A DNA stretch of 64,000 nucleotides from the NCBI GenBank assembly GCA_963846585.1, contig CAWJWO010000013.1:107801-171800 (forward strand), written 5' to 3'. Shown piece after piece: positions 27,342 to 37,817 of this stretch. Position 1 is the first letter of the stretch. Every line of letters begins with the position of its first letter. Made by a program: the position numbers and the translations under genes. The DNA is from an uncultured Bacteroidota bacterium. Its GTDB lineage: Bacteria; Bacteroidota; Bacteroidia; Bacteroidales; JAAUTT01. The notes under the pieces were generated by a model. The model saw only the letters and a list, made by a program, of their open reading frames with translations, was not told where the DNA came from and made no database searches.

Positions 27342-27592
27342 AACCAAGAACCAGGAACCAAGACAAGAAATTGGACAAATCATTTAAGATTTTAGAATTG
27401 AGAATATAGATTTAAGATTTTTTATTACAGAATATCCAAATCTTAAATCTCAAATCTAGAATCTAAAATCTAGAATCACCTATCAAGCCTTCTGCTTTCT
27501 TTTATCTTTCAACTTTTATCTTCCTTCTATTGTCCTGGCTCTTGGCTCTTGGCTCTTGGTTTTTGGTTCCTGGTTCCTGGTTCCTGGTTCTA
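27342..27592. repeat. Nested inverted repeat composite between the DUF5103 gene and rsmE
   Basis: Left AACCA(A/G)G units face right C(C/T)TGG(T/C)T units (27534-27590); inner TAGATTT-like block faces an AAATCTA-like block. Confidence 0.93.
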
Positions 27593-28294
27593 TTCTATTG
27601 TATTAAGGAATCTTATTGTATGACACGCAACAATACCGGCTGTTTCTGTTCGAAACCGGTTTGACCCGAGGGTAACAGGAATATAGTGATTTGTTTTAGC
27701 AATATTTATCTCATTTTCAGTAAAATCACCTTCAGGTCCTATTAATATTGATATTTCATTGCCGGGAATGTACACTGAGCCTATGGTTTTGCGATCTCCT
27801 TCACATGTTGCAATAATCTTGTTTTCACATAATTTTGTATTGATAAAATTATTAAATTTAATTATTGGGTTCAATTTAGGATGATAGGCATTAATGGATT
27901 GTTTCATGGCCGATTCCAAAATACGGTTGCATCGTTCAATATTGATATTTTTTTTTTCGGTTCTCTCACATATCAAAGGCGATATTTCATCTATACCTAT
28001 TTCTGTTGCTTTTTCGAGAAACCATTCAAAACGGTCGGGAAATTTAACGGGTGAAATTGCAATATGAAGCTTATAGTTACGTTTTTCAAATTCCGGTTTT
28101 GATTCCTTTACTATTACCCTGCACTTTTTGGGATTGGGATCTGCAATAATGGCTATATATAAGGTACCTTTTCCATCAATCATATGTATTTCATCATTTA
28201 CGTTCATTCGCAGAACTTTTATAGCGTGTTTGGATTCCTCTTCATTAAGGCTGTATTCAATTCCTGAAATATCCGGAGTGTAAAAGATTTGCAT
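27590..28294 (-). CDS. rsmE: 16S rRNA m3U1498 methyltransferase
   Basis: EEESKHAIKVLR, EKATEIG, SAMKQS, IGPEGDF, LGSNRFRTETAG. Confidence 0.96.
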   Translation of the reverse strand: MQIFYTPDISGIEYSLNEEESKHAIKVLRMNVNDEIHMIDGKGTLYIAIIADPNPKKCRVIVKESKPEFEKRNYKLHIAISPVKFPDRFEWFLEKATEIGIDEISPLICERTEKKNINIERCNRILESAMKQSINAYHPKLNPIIKFNNFINTKLCENKIIATCEGDRKTIGSVYIPGNEISILIGPEGDFTENEINIAKTNHYIPVTLGSNRFRTETAGIVACHTIRFLNTIE

Positions 28295-28303
28295 AATAAA
28301 TAT

Positions 28304-28555
28304 AGTCGTAAGTCGTAAGTCGTAAGTCGTAAGTCGTAAGTCGTAAGTCGTAAGTCGTAAGTCGTAAGTCGTAAGTCGTAAGTATATATTATTTATATGT
28401 CCAAAGGTTTATAAGGTTTATAAAGTTTATATAGTTTATGCGTTTATGCGTTTATGCGTTTATAAAGTTTATAAGTTTATTTATATGGTGCAGGTTCCAT
28501 GTCTTCACGTCCCACGTCCCACGTCCTTTTTCACCTCATCACCTCATCACTTTCA
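28304..28555. repeat. AGTCGTA x11 plus GTTTAT 8/9-mers, CACGTCC and TCACCTCA blocks
   Basis: Perfect AGTCGTA x11 at 28304-28380, 9 bp from the rsmE start; GTTTATGC/GTTTATAAA units 28406-28480; CACGTCC x3 at 28506-28526. Confidence 0.95.
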
Positions 28556-31500
28556 TTTACCATTGTCCTGTTGTTTCTTTTCAATATCTTCTTGCTCAGG
28601 TTGTTGTTCTATTTCCTGATCTTCTGGTTTTTGAGATTCGCTATTTAAATGTTGTTTATATTTTCTTAAAAAATTATACATTTTAGTATCTGTTGCTATC
28701 AATAATGTATATGAAGTTTCATTTTTAGGAACATTCAGCACCCGTTGTTTTAAAGTAAGGTTTCTTATGATATTAACGAAATTCGTATTAGATGAAAAAA
28801 CCTGCATTTCTCCTCGCGTGTAACCAAAATAGTAGAAGTTTTTATCATCCTGCTTCAGGTATATGTCCATAAAATCCCCGCTGCGTTTTCTGGTTATCTC
28901 AACATATCCATCTATCATTTTGTTTATATTAATATTAAGGATATTGCCTATTCCAATTTTTCCTGTAGATTGATATGAATTTGTTTTGCTGTTCCATTTT
29001 AAATTAAGGTTGGTGAAATTCACAGTATGTTGAAATTCAGTTGGAACAGACAATAAATTTCCATTGGATAGTTTTGTCAGAAAGGTATCAGTCATTGATT
29101 TTCCTATATTTTGGTACAAGTATCTTAACAGAACCGGACGTTTAGCATCAACCGGTTTAAAGTCGGGGATACTGTCTAATTGATTTGCAATTAATTGCAT
29201 AGCGTTATCAGTGATCATGAAATCAATACCCAAAACAACATCGATTAAAACATCATTTGTATTTAAGTTATAATTTATGCCTCCGTAAACGTTAAGTTTA
29301 ACCTGACCCAGGTTAACACCAAGGTTTAGTCTTCCTTCGCCGTATTCCACACATTTTGAATTATTGATAATTAAATAATTTCCTGTTGTATCAGGATATT
29401 TCATTTTTTCCTTCGATGCAATTTCAAAAAACATAGAATCGTGGTTATAATGCAGGTAACCACTTGATGTATGGATGTAGGAATCGTTGTAATTTCTCCT
29501 TCCGGATAAAAATGAAGGGTAGATATGAATTGAATCTGAACCTGATAATATTCCTGAAAATATTTTATTATTGTTAATATTAAGAGGGTTATCGTTTATT
29601 GGAATAAAAATATCTTTCGGATCAATTTCGGAATTGAATTTAAGCCAGTTTGGTTTTGGTTTATCACATTTAATTACTGGTTTTACTCCTCCTGTAAAAG
29701 TTAACAGAGGCATGGATGAATTTAAGGTTACTTTTCCCTCGAATCTGAAAAACGGGCTTAAATAAAAGCTGTCAGGTTCAAGGATATTTCCCCTGGCAAT
29801 AGTGTGTAATGCCGAATCTACAATTATTTCATTCATAAAAACTGTCTTAGAGGAATCATTTTCATCAATATAGTCATATTCCCCTGTACCGGTGAAACTT
29901 TGTCTGCTCTGAACATTAACATTAGCAGAATGAAGAGTATGGAAGCGGTCATTATAGTTTGCTATAATTTTGCAATTATAAATTGTTCGCATCAGTGCAG
30001 CTTCTGCAACTGAAATTTCACCATCCGACGGATATATAATTGCATCTGCGACACGTAATAATTTAACATCTTTGGCCCTGATTATGTCATTTTTGTAATC
30101 GAAAATGGCAGTTGGTGCAACAAAATTGAGAGTATCCTGTTTCGGATTTAATGAAATATAACGTGGACCTTCAGGTTCTCCTTGGAAACCAAATTTTTCG
30201 TCGAAGTAATTTTTCAGATTATTGCCGGCCTTTTTGGTTTTAGTTGTGGAACCCATTGTAAGTGTCTTGTCCGGCATATTCCATTTAAAATAATTAAGGA
30301 AGCTTATATATTTGTTTTCAGGGAATTCAACTTTTGTAAAATCATCATTCGATGTAAATTCTCCTTTTTGGAGGGAAAAATCAACATGAGATTTTACATT
30401 TTCTTCTGTTATTACTGCATATCCATTCTTTGTCGTTGATTTTAGTATAAATTGAGAGGTATCACTGTCAAAAGATTTTGCAAAGTATTTAAATAAACGG
30501 GAATTAATTTCAGCTGTTGAAATATTCATTTTTCCCCGGCCGGTTAAACCTTTAGGATCAAGGATTAGCCCTCCGTTAAGATTTGTTTCGGTATTAAACA
30601 TTTGAAATGGGCTATTACCTTGGTTAATAAACATTTGGTTATCATTTATTACCCAATGTATATAGTTATTTGCAGCCTGTACAGATGGAAATTGTGTGTT
30701 AGTAAATTGTTCATTAACAACAAATTCATTTGATTGAGTATTCATCGAATCAGGATAAAATTTAAAATCTTTTGAAGTAGTAACTGAAGATAAATAATTC
30801 AATTTTCCAACACCACGTAATCCTTTGTTATTTAATGTTATATCTGCAAATAGCGTTCCTTTCTCCCCATATACTGGAATTCCACCAGGGCCTGGGTTAA
30901 ATTTAAAACCAAGTGAATAGTCAGGTTGAAGTTTAAGCTGTTGTTCAATTGCTGGTAAAATTCCTGAAGATTGAAATTTACCGTTAAATTTCAATCCTTC
31001 TTTGGATAAATGGTCAAGGCTGTCAATAGCAAATGGATATACCTCAAAATAAAAGCTTTCTTCCGGATAAACTCCACCTTCAATACTTTTGCTCTGAAAG
31101 TAAACATAAGAATTTTCGTGGCTTTCAAATCGCGGATATTCATGTAAATGTCTGCGTCCCGATTTATTGTCGGCTTTATCAATTTGAACATCACCGGTAA
31201 GATGTTGAATAACATTATTTACTTTATGTGGTATAGGGTTTCCATAATTATCTAATTCGCTTGTTAATACTAAAAATGATACTGAATCGACATTTTGTAA
31301 ATTGATTTTAAAATCTTTATAATTAAAAAAGAAATTACTTCCATAAAATGTGAATAAGCCTGCTTCAACTTTACCATCAAACTGGAAACTTCTGTTCTCT
31401 TTCATTATTATTTGCTGCCTTGTGGGATAAATTGTAACGTTTTGTGAATCGCTCAGCGCAATTTTATTAATTCCATTAATATATAAATCAAACGTATTCA

Positions 31501-33127
31501 TATCCAGGACAGCATTTGGCTGAGGTGCCTGGGTAGTAGAAACAAAGTCAACCACATCATAATCAATACTTGATGTACTGGCAAGGAGATAATCATGAAG
31601 CCGTTTTTTTAAAGTAACAATATCCTTTTGGCTGTTATAATAAATAAAACCTTTTTGTGCCATCACCATTAATTCCTGACGCACTTCATTTGGTTCACGG
31701 CCAACAAAATCTGCAAACGATAAAGCGCTAAACTGTTCAGATTTAATTTTTTTCGAAAATTTATAAATTAATACCAAAGGGTGAACAGCATCCATACTCT
31801 GTAAACTTTCAAATTGAACCTGTTTAAAATAATTTTGTGATTCAAACCTGGCTTTTCCGATCGCAGAACCTCTTGCCATAGTTAAATTAATCACGGGCTG
31901 ATCAATTTTCCAGGTTAGTTGTTCGAAATCCATATCAATTTTATGATATGAATTGTAATACGGGCTCTTTGAGGAAAATTCGTCAGATTTTAACAGATTG
32001 ACTTCCTTATTTTTAACTAAATAAATGAATGATAAATCGTTATGATAAATGGAATCCCGGTTAAGATAAATTTTTACAATAGTATTTATGCCATTTATAC
32101 GTTCAGGTCGAAAAACAAAATATTTTGATTTTACTTCCATTAAATTCCCGTTATTTTTTTTAACTATAATTCTGGCATCTTCCTTTTCATTCCCGGAGCC
32201 AATAATTTTAGATCCTTTCATTGAAAATCCTCCGTCATAATCGATATTTTCATATAAGTCTCTAAAAAAGAAACGTTTGTTGTAGGAATTGAATTCCGGA
32301 TATAAAGTAGATTCAGAATTTTGAACATTCATTACTTTATCATTAAGTCTGCCCAAAACGGGTTTGTTAAAATATTTTTGATAGGTAAATACAACAGAAT
32401 CAGCATAATATTCAAGTCGGTTAAGATCAATGTTATAATTATTAAGTATAGCATTTACCTCTGATGCTTTAAAACCGGCAATATTCCAGTTAACTAAACC
32501 TTTATTGCCTGCCCATTTTGATTCAGCAGGATAAAATGTTCCTGAAGTTTCGTAAATTACTATGCTGTCATTTTTTGAATAACAAGTAAGGGAACCATTT
32601 GAAAAAGAAATTGAAAATATATGATTTAATAAATGAAAGTTATAATTTGAGTTGGAAAATTCCCACTTTACAGTTGAAGAATTATGGATACAGTTATTAT
32701 TAATAACGTTTAAAATATCAGACATAAAACTGCTTAGAGCATTTAATGAGAATTTTTTCATATTCATTAATTCCCCCAAATATTCCATTACAATTGTATA
32801 GTTATCATCTTTTTTTGTAGTATTTTTTAATTTATAAAGCATGGAAATAAGCAAAAAATAATGTGTATCTCGAGCTTTTCCATTATATAGTATATTAGAT
32901 AATTTTACAATTTCAGCTTTTTCGGTTTCAGAAAATAAATTATTTTTCCATCCATTGGTGAAATCTTCAATTTGCATATTTTCATCGCTGGTGATTTTTG
33001 AACCCAACAATTCTTTGACCTGATTAGGGTATAAGTCCGCGTTGTTAAAATAAACATTATCTGTTTGGGAATAAATATTATACAAAATAATTATATTAAG
33101 TATAATGCAGCTGAATATTTTTACCAT
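28553..33127 (-). CDS. Large exported beta-rich hypothetical protein (1524 aa)
   Basis: Uninterrupted 4.6-kb ORF, signal-like N-terminus, alternating-hydrophobic strand pattern, internal repeats; no catalytic motif recognised. Confidence 0.85.
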   Translation of the reverse strand: MVKIFSCIILNIIILYNIYSQTDNVYFNNADLYPNQVKELLGSKITSDENMQIEDFTNGWKNNLFSETEKAEIVKLSNILYNGKARDTHYFLLISMLYKLKNTTKKDDNYTIVMEYLGELMNMKKFSLNALSSFMSDILNVINNNCIHNSSTVKWEFSNSNYNFHLLNHIFSISFSNGSLTCYSKNDSIVIYETSGTFYPAESKWAGNKGLVNWNIAGFKASEVNAILNNYNIDLNRLEYYADSVVFTYQKYFNKPVLGRLNDKVMNVQNSESTLYPEFNSYNKRFFFRDLYENIDYDGGFSMKGSKIIGSGNEKEDARIIVKKNNGNLMEVKSKYFVFRPERINGINTIVKIYLNRDSIYHNDLSFIYLVKNKEVNLLKSDEFSSKSPYYNSYHKIDMDFEQLTWKIDQPVINLTMARGSAIGKARFESQNYFKQVQFESLQSMDAVHPLVLIYKFSKKIKSEQFSALSFADFVGREPNEVRQELMVMAQKGFIYYNSQKDIVTLKKRLHDYLLASTSSIDYDVVDFVSTTQAPQPNAVLDMNTFDLYINGINKIALSDSQNVTIYPTRQQIIMKENRSFQFDGKVEAGLFTFYGSNFFFNYKDFKINLQNVDSVSFLVLTSELDNYGNPIPHKVNNVIQHLTGDVQIDKADNKSGRRHLHEYPRFESHENSYVYFQSKSIEGGVYPEESFYFEVYPFAIDSLDHLSKEGLKFNGKFQSSGILPAIEQQLKLQPDYSLGFKFNPGPGGIPVYGEKGTLFADITLNNKGLRGVGKLNYLSSVTTSKDFKFYPDSMNTQSNEFVVNEQFTNTQFPSVQAANNYIHWVINDNQMFINQGNSPFQMFNTETNLNGGLILDPKGLTGRGKMNISTAEINSRLFKYFAKSFDSDTSQFILKSTTKNGYAVITEENVKSHVDFSLQKGEFTSNDDFTKVEFPENKYISFLNYFKWNMPDKTLTMGSTTKTKKAGNNLKNYFDEKFGFQGEPEGPRYISLNPKQDTLNFVAPTAIFDYKNDIIRAKDVKLLRVADAIIYPSDGEISVAEAALMRTIYNCKIIANYNDRFHTLHSANVNVQSRQSFTGTGEYDYIDENDSSKTVFMNEIIVDSALHTIARGNILEPDSFYLSPFFRFEGKVTLNSSMPLLTFTGGVKPVIKCDKPKPNWLKFNSEIDPKDIFIPINDNPLNINNNKIFSGILSGSDSIHIYPSFLSGRRNYNDSYIHTSSGYLHYNHDSMFFEIASKEKMKYPDTTGNYLIINNSKCVEYGEGRLNLGVNLGQVKLNVYGGINYNLNTNDVLIDVVLGIDFMITDNAMQLIANQLDSIPDFKPVDAKRPVLLRYLYQNIGKSMTDTFLTKLSNGNLLSVPTEFQHTVNFTNLNLKWNSKTNSYQSTGKIGIGNILNININKMIDGYVEITRKRSGDFMDIYLKQDDKNFYYFGYTRGEMQVFSSNTNFVNIIRNLTLKQRVLNVPKNETSYTLLIATDTKMYNFLRKYKQHLNSESQKPEDQEIEQQPEQEDIEKKQQDNGK

Positions 33128-33192
33128 AAATCAATTTGTATGTATTATCAATAATAGTCTAAATATCCTAAATTTACAATTAATTTTAAAAA

Positions 33193-33227
33193 TAGTGCCT
33201 AGTGCATAGTGTGTAGTGCATAGTGCA
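33193..33227. repeat. TAGTGCA-like heptamer x5
   Basis: tagtgcc tagtgca tagtgtg tagtgca tagtgca. Confidence 0.85.
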
Positions 33228-33254
33228 TAAAAAATGATTAATGGATAATGAAAT

Positions 33255-35807
33255 ATGAGTATTTCTGAAAGCGGTATTAAAGATCAAACCAGAATTGTAA
33301 TTGTTGAAGATAATAATGTTTATGCTGAATATATTCGTCATATACTCGAACAGCAGAATTATTTGGTAAAAATTATCAGCGATGGAGAACAAGCCCTTGA
33401 ATATCTGCTTGAAAATGATGATTTTGATATAGTTTTAATGGATAATATCCTGCCATCTGTCAATGGTATAGATATAATACATGAACTTCAATTAAATAAA
33501 AAGAACCATTCAGTAATCTTTGTAACTTCTGATACAGATATAAATTTGGTAATTAGTGCAATGCGGGCAGGGGCACTTGATTTTGTTATTAAGTCATCAC
33601 CTAAATTTATGGAGGAATTACTTAAAGTTGTGGATAAATTATATAACCTGCAATTGATAAAAAAGAAACAGAAACAAGCTGAGGATGAACTATTAAGGAA
33701 TAATGCACAAGATATTATATTAAAGGATATATCTTCCAACTTGCTCAACCTCTCATTTAGTAAAACCGATGACGGAATAAATGATGCAATTGAGATGATC
33801 GGGAAAAATATTAAAGCTGACAGAGGTTATGTATACCTGTTTAATGAGGATAATTTAACGTTTTCCATTCCATACGTATGGTACAGATCTTCAATACGAT
33901 CAACACCTTCTAAAAATCTTACCGTAACTAAGAGGCATGAAATAAAATGGCTTGAAGATTTAATTGAAGGGCTTGACTTTGTTCAAATAAATGATACCGG
34001 AAAATTGCCATATAATACAGACAATATTTTACCTGAAAGTATAAAAAATAATATTGGATCATTTATTATCGTAGCAATGAGATCTGAAGGTAATAATTTG
34101 ATAGGATATCTTGGCTTTGAAAGTAAAATAAAAATTACTAATTGGCAAAAAGATACCCGGAAACTTGTAGTAAAAGCCACTGATATAATAGTACGGGCCC
34201 TTGAACATAAGAAATGGAGATTATCCCTTGAAACCAGCGAAAAACAACTTCAGGTTGCATTGGCTGAGGCTGAACAAGCCAATAAGTCTAAAAGTCTGTT
34301 TCTGGCTAATATGAGCCACGAGATAAGAACTCCAATGAATGGAATTATGGGTTTAAGTGAATTACTCAGAAAAACAAAACTTGATGAAACCCAAAAAAAT
34401 TACATTGATGCTATAATCAGTTCATCAGATAATCTGCTCGTTATTATTAATGATATTCTTGATTTATCTAAAATCAACGAAGGGAAACTTCAGATTGAAA
34501 AAATCGAATTCCGTTTGGATAAATTGGTTTCAGGTATTGTTAAATATCTTGATTTAACCGCGAGGGATAAAGGGATAGATTTACGTATGCGAACAGATAA
34601 GAATATTACTCCTTTCCTGATAGGTGATCCCGTAAGAATTAATCAGGTCCTTATTAACCTGATTGGTAATGCTATTAAATTTACTAATGAAGGATATGTT
34701 GAATTATCAATTAACCTGATAAAAAAGGACAACAATTTAAATTACCTTCATTTTATTGTTGAAGATACGGGAATTGGTATAGATGCTGAAAAACATAAAT
34801 TAATATTCGACAGCTTCAGCCAGGAGGACGAAAGTGTAAGCCGTAAATTTGGAGGTACAGGCTTAGGGTTACCTATAAGTAAACAACTTATTAATATGAT
34901 GGGGGGTAGTCTTGAGCTTGAAAGCTCAAAAGGAGTAGGTTCGAAGTTCTTTTTTACTCTTGTTTTACCTGATGGGAACCCTGATATATCAGGCATGGAG
35001 TATGAAGAAAAATTCCAGGCAGTTAACCTGTCAGGGATAAAAGTATTAGTTGCTGAAGATCATAAAATAAACCAGTTTTTAATAAATTCAATTCTAAAAA
35101 ATTGGAATGTTTTTCCTGATATTGCCGAAAATGGACTTACGGCCATAGAGATGTTTAAAGCTAACCGTTATGATATTGTGCTTATGGACAGGCAAATGCC
35201 TGAAATGGACGGCATTGAGGCAACCAGGGTAATACGTGAAGAACTTAAATCTGACATTCCTATAATAGCACTTACAGCTGCTGCACTTATAGGTTCAAAG
35301 GAACAAATGCTTGAAGCCGGAATGAACGATTTCTTAACCAAACCATTTCATTCCGATGATTTGTTAAATATATTAATTAAATATCTGAAAATAGATTTAA
35401 AGGAGAAATTAACAATAGTAAATACTGACTGGCCTGTTTTAATAGGGCAAAAATTATACGGGCTTGAAGGTTTAAAAAAAATGTTTGGTAATGATCGTGT
35501 TACAATAATTGAAATGATTAACATGTTTATTGATTCCACTCCCAGTTTATGGACTGAGCTTTTAAAGGAATATGAACAACAAAATTATTTTAAATTGGCA
35601 GAAATTGCCCATAAAATAAAAGCATCTATAGATATTATGGAGATTAATTCACTAAAACAGGTAATAAGGGATATTGAGGAATGTGGTAAGGACAATGACA
35701 AGGAGCATAAATTGATAAGCCTGATTGATAATTTTTCTGAAATAATTAGTATCACCATTGAGCAACTTAGGATTGACGTAAAAAATATTTCCCTGACCGC
35801 TTCCTGA
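33255..35807 (+). CDS. Cytoplasmic hybrid histidine kinase (REC-GAF-HisKA-HATPase-REC-Hpt)
   Basis: VEDN/LMDNILP receiver; [37 protein letters not shown]; second receiver [11 protein letters not shown]; Hpt AHKIK; no TM segment seen. Confidence 0.93.
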   Translation: MSISESGIKDQTRIVIVEDNNVYAEYIRHILEQQNYLVKIISDGEQALEYLLENDDFDIVLMDNILPSVNGIDIIHELQLNKKNHSVIFVTSDTDINLVISAMRAGALDFVIKSSPKFMEELLKVVDKLYNLQLIKKKQKQAEDELLRNNAQDIILKDISSNLLNLSFSKTDDGINDAIEMIGKNIKADRGYVYLFNEDNLTFSIPYVWYRSSIRSTPSKNLTVTKRHEIKWLEDLIEGLDFVQINDTGKLPYNTDNILPESIKNNIGSFIIVAMRSEGNNLIGYLGFESKIKITNWQKDTRKLVVKATDIIVRALEHKKWRLSLETSEKQLQVALAEAEQANKSKSLFLANMSHEIRTPMNGIMGLSELLRKTKLDETQKNYIDAIISSSDNLLVIINDILDLSKINEGKLQIEKIEFRLDKLVSGIVKYLDLTARDKGIDLRMRTDKNITPFLIGDPVRINQVLINLIGNAIKFTNEGYVELSINLIKKDNNLNYLHFIVEDTGIGIDAEKHKLIFDSFSQEDESVSRKFGGTGLGLPISKQLINMMGGSLELESSKGVGSKFFFTLVLPDGNPDISGMEYEEKFQAVNLSGIKVLVAEDHKINQFLINSILKNWNVFPDIAENGLTAIEMFKANRYDIVLMDRQMPEMDGIEATRVIREELKSDIPIIALTAAALIGSKEQMLEAGMNDFLTKPFHSDDLLNILIKYLKIDLKEKLTIVNTDWPVLIGQKLYGLEGLKKMFGNDRVTIIEMINMFIDSTPSLWTELLKEYEQQNYFKLAEIAHKIKASIDIMEINSLKQVIRDIEECGKDNDKEHKLISLIDNFSEIISITIEQLRIDVKNISLTAS

Positions 35808-35820
35808 AAGTGGAAGTAAT

Positions 35821-35903
35821 AAGATAAAAGATAAAAGATAAAAGAACACAATAATCAGTAATCAGTAATCAGTATCAGTAATCAGTAATTAGTAATCAGT
35901 AAT
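35821..35903. repeat. AAGATAA x3 and TAATCAG-like x7 arrays
   Basis: Read directly; the array ends about 7 bp before the ABC gene ATG. Confidence 0.88.
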
Positions 35904-35910
35904 TAATTTT

Positions 35911-37644
35911 ATGGTCAAAAAGACAAATCAAAAAGACAACCGTCCTAATGTTTTTGTTATTCTCAAGCCTTACAGGTGGATGATAATTTTCATGGTTGTA
36001 TTTGCCCTTTTAAGTAACGGGGTTAACTTAATCATACCTAAACTTATTTCTCATGGCATTGATTCTTTTACTGCAGGCCATTTTATAATAAAAACATTAA
36101 TAGTAGAATTTTTAGTTGCTTCTTTTGTTATTTTTATTTTTAGTTATCTGCAAAGTATAGTTCAGACATTCGCATCTGAAAGAGTGGCAAGAGATATGAG
36201 AATGCAGCTTTCCGCGAAAATATCCAGGCAGAGTTTTTCTTATATACAACAGGCCAATCCATCACGTTTGTTAACTAACCTTACCTCGGATATTGATTCC
36301 ATTAAAATGTTTGTTTCAATGGCAGTAGTTTCAATTGCTTCATCAATATTCATAATTATCGGCGCTTGTATACTTCTTATTTCAATTAAGTGGAAATTGG
36401 CGATACCAGTAATTTCAATTATTCCGGTAATAGGAGGTTTATTTTTAATTGTGTTTGGAAAATTAAGAGGTTTTTTCAGAAAAAGCCGCGAAATTATCGA
36501 TTGGCTTAATAAAGTAATTAATGAAAGTATTATAGGGGCTGCAATAATTCGTGTTCTTAATTCACAACAACTGGAATATGAAAAGTTCCTGCAGGCTAAC
36601 ACAAATGCTAAAAACAATGGTTTTTCAATCCTTCGCTTATTTGCCACACTTATACCAATAATTACTTTTATAGCAAATTTAGCTGCATTAACTATCCTCG
36701 CATTTGGAGGACACTTTGTAATTAAAGGGAGTATGACTTTGGGCGATTTTGCAGCATTTAGCAGTTATCTTTCTATTCTGATATTTCCAATTATTATAAT
36801 TGGTTTTATGAGTAATATTATAGCCCAGGCATCTGCTTCTTATGAGAGGATAAGTCAGGTACTTAATGTTCAGGAAACCCCTGAACATGGAACAATAGCA
36901 GATACTTTGCACGGCCATATTGAACTTGACAATATTTCAGTAAAATATGAAGATAAATTTGTGTTAAAAAATGTTTCTTTTTCAGTAAAACCAGGAACAA
37001 ATACAGCGATCATTGGACCTACAGCTGCAGGTAAAAGCCAGTTGCTGTATTTATTAACAGGTCTCATTAAACAGAGTTCGGGAACGGTTAAGTTCGATGA
37101 CAGGGATATAGATGATTATAAAAAAGAATCATTCCATGGTCAAATTGGCTTTGTTTTTCAGGATAGTGTTATTTTTAACCTTAGTTTACGCGAAAACATA
37201 GCCTTCAATAATTCTGTAACTGATGAATCATTGAAATCAGCTATAGATACATCGGAATTAAATGATTTTATTGAGTCGTTACCTCAAAAACTTGATACTA
37301 TTGTTTCTGAGCGTGGTACCAGTCTTTCGGGAGGACAAAAACAACGGATCATGCTTGCCCGTGCCCTTGCTGTAAATCCAAAAGTTTTACTATTGGACGA
37401 TTTTACGGCAAGAGTTGATAGACAGACCGAGCAAAAAATTTTCTGCAATTTGTTAAATAATTACCCTAAATTAACTCTTATCTCAGTTACTCAGAAAATT
37501 ACTCCAGTTAAAAATTTCGATCAGATAATTTTATTAATGGAAGGGGAACTTATAGCTAAAGGTAAACACAAAGATTTAAAAGAATCATGCCCCGAATATG
37601 CGCAAATTTATAATTCACAGCGCAGTACGAGTCACTATGATTAA
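35911..37644 (+). CDS. ABC exporter subunit (TMD+NBD), degenerate-site half
   Basis: GPTAAGKS, LSGGQKQR, Walker B LLLDD (Glu to Asp), switch His replaced (VTQK). Confidence 0.92.
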   Translation: MVKKTNQKDNRPNVFVILKPYRWMIIFMVVFALLSNGVNLIIPKLISHGIDSFTAGHFIIKTLIVEFLVASFVIFIFSYLQSIVQTFASERVARDMRMQLSAKISRQSFSYIQQANPSRLLTNLTSDIDSIKMFVSMAVVSIASSIFIIIGACILLISIKWKLAIPVISIIPVIGGLFLIVFGKLRGFFRKSREIIDWLNKVINESIIGAAIIRVLNSQQLEYEKFLQANTNAKNNGFSILRLFATLIPIITFIANLAALTILAFGGHFVIKGSMTLGDFAAFSSYLSILIFPIIIIGFMSNIIAQASASYERISQVLNVQETPEHGTIADTLHGHIELDNISVKYEDKFVLKNVSFSVKPGTNTAIIGPTAAGKSQLLYLLTGLIKQSSGTVKFDDRDIDDYKKESFHGQIGFVFQDSVIFNLSLRENIAFNNSVTDESLKSAIDTSELNDFIESLPQKLDTIVSERGTSLSGGQKQRIMLARALAVNPKVLLLDDFTARVDRQTEQKIFCNLLNNYPKLTLISVTQKITPVKNFDQIILLMEGELIAKGKHKDLKESCPEYAQIYNSQRSTSHYD

Positions 37645-37645
37645 G

Positions 37646-37797
37646 TAGTAAGTCGTATGTCGTATGTCGTAAGACAGAAGACAACTGGCAGAAGACAGAA
37701 GACAGAAATTAAAAGAAAAAAGACATGAAGATATATAACCTGCAACCTTCAACTTACAGTCATTTACTTACGACTTACGACATACGACTTACGACTT
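37646..37797. repeat. Composite with inverted terminal arrays
   Basis: Left A(A/T)GTCGT units then AGAAGAC units; right AACCTGC-like then ACTTACG/ACATACG units (37766-37796). Confidence 0.92.
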
Positions 37798-37817
37798 TCT
37801 AATAATTATAAAATGGA

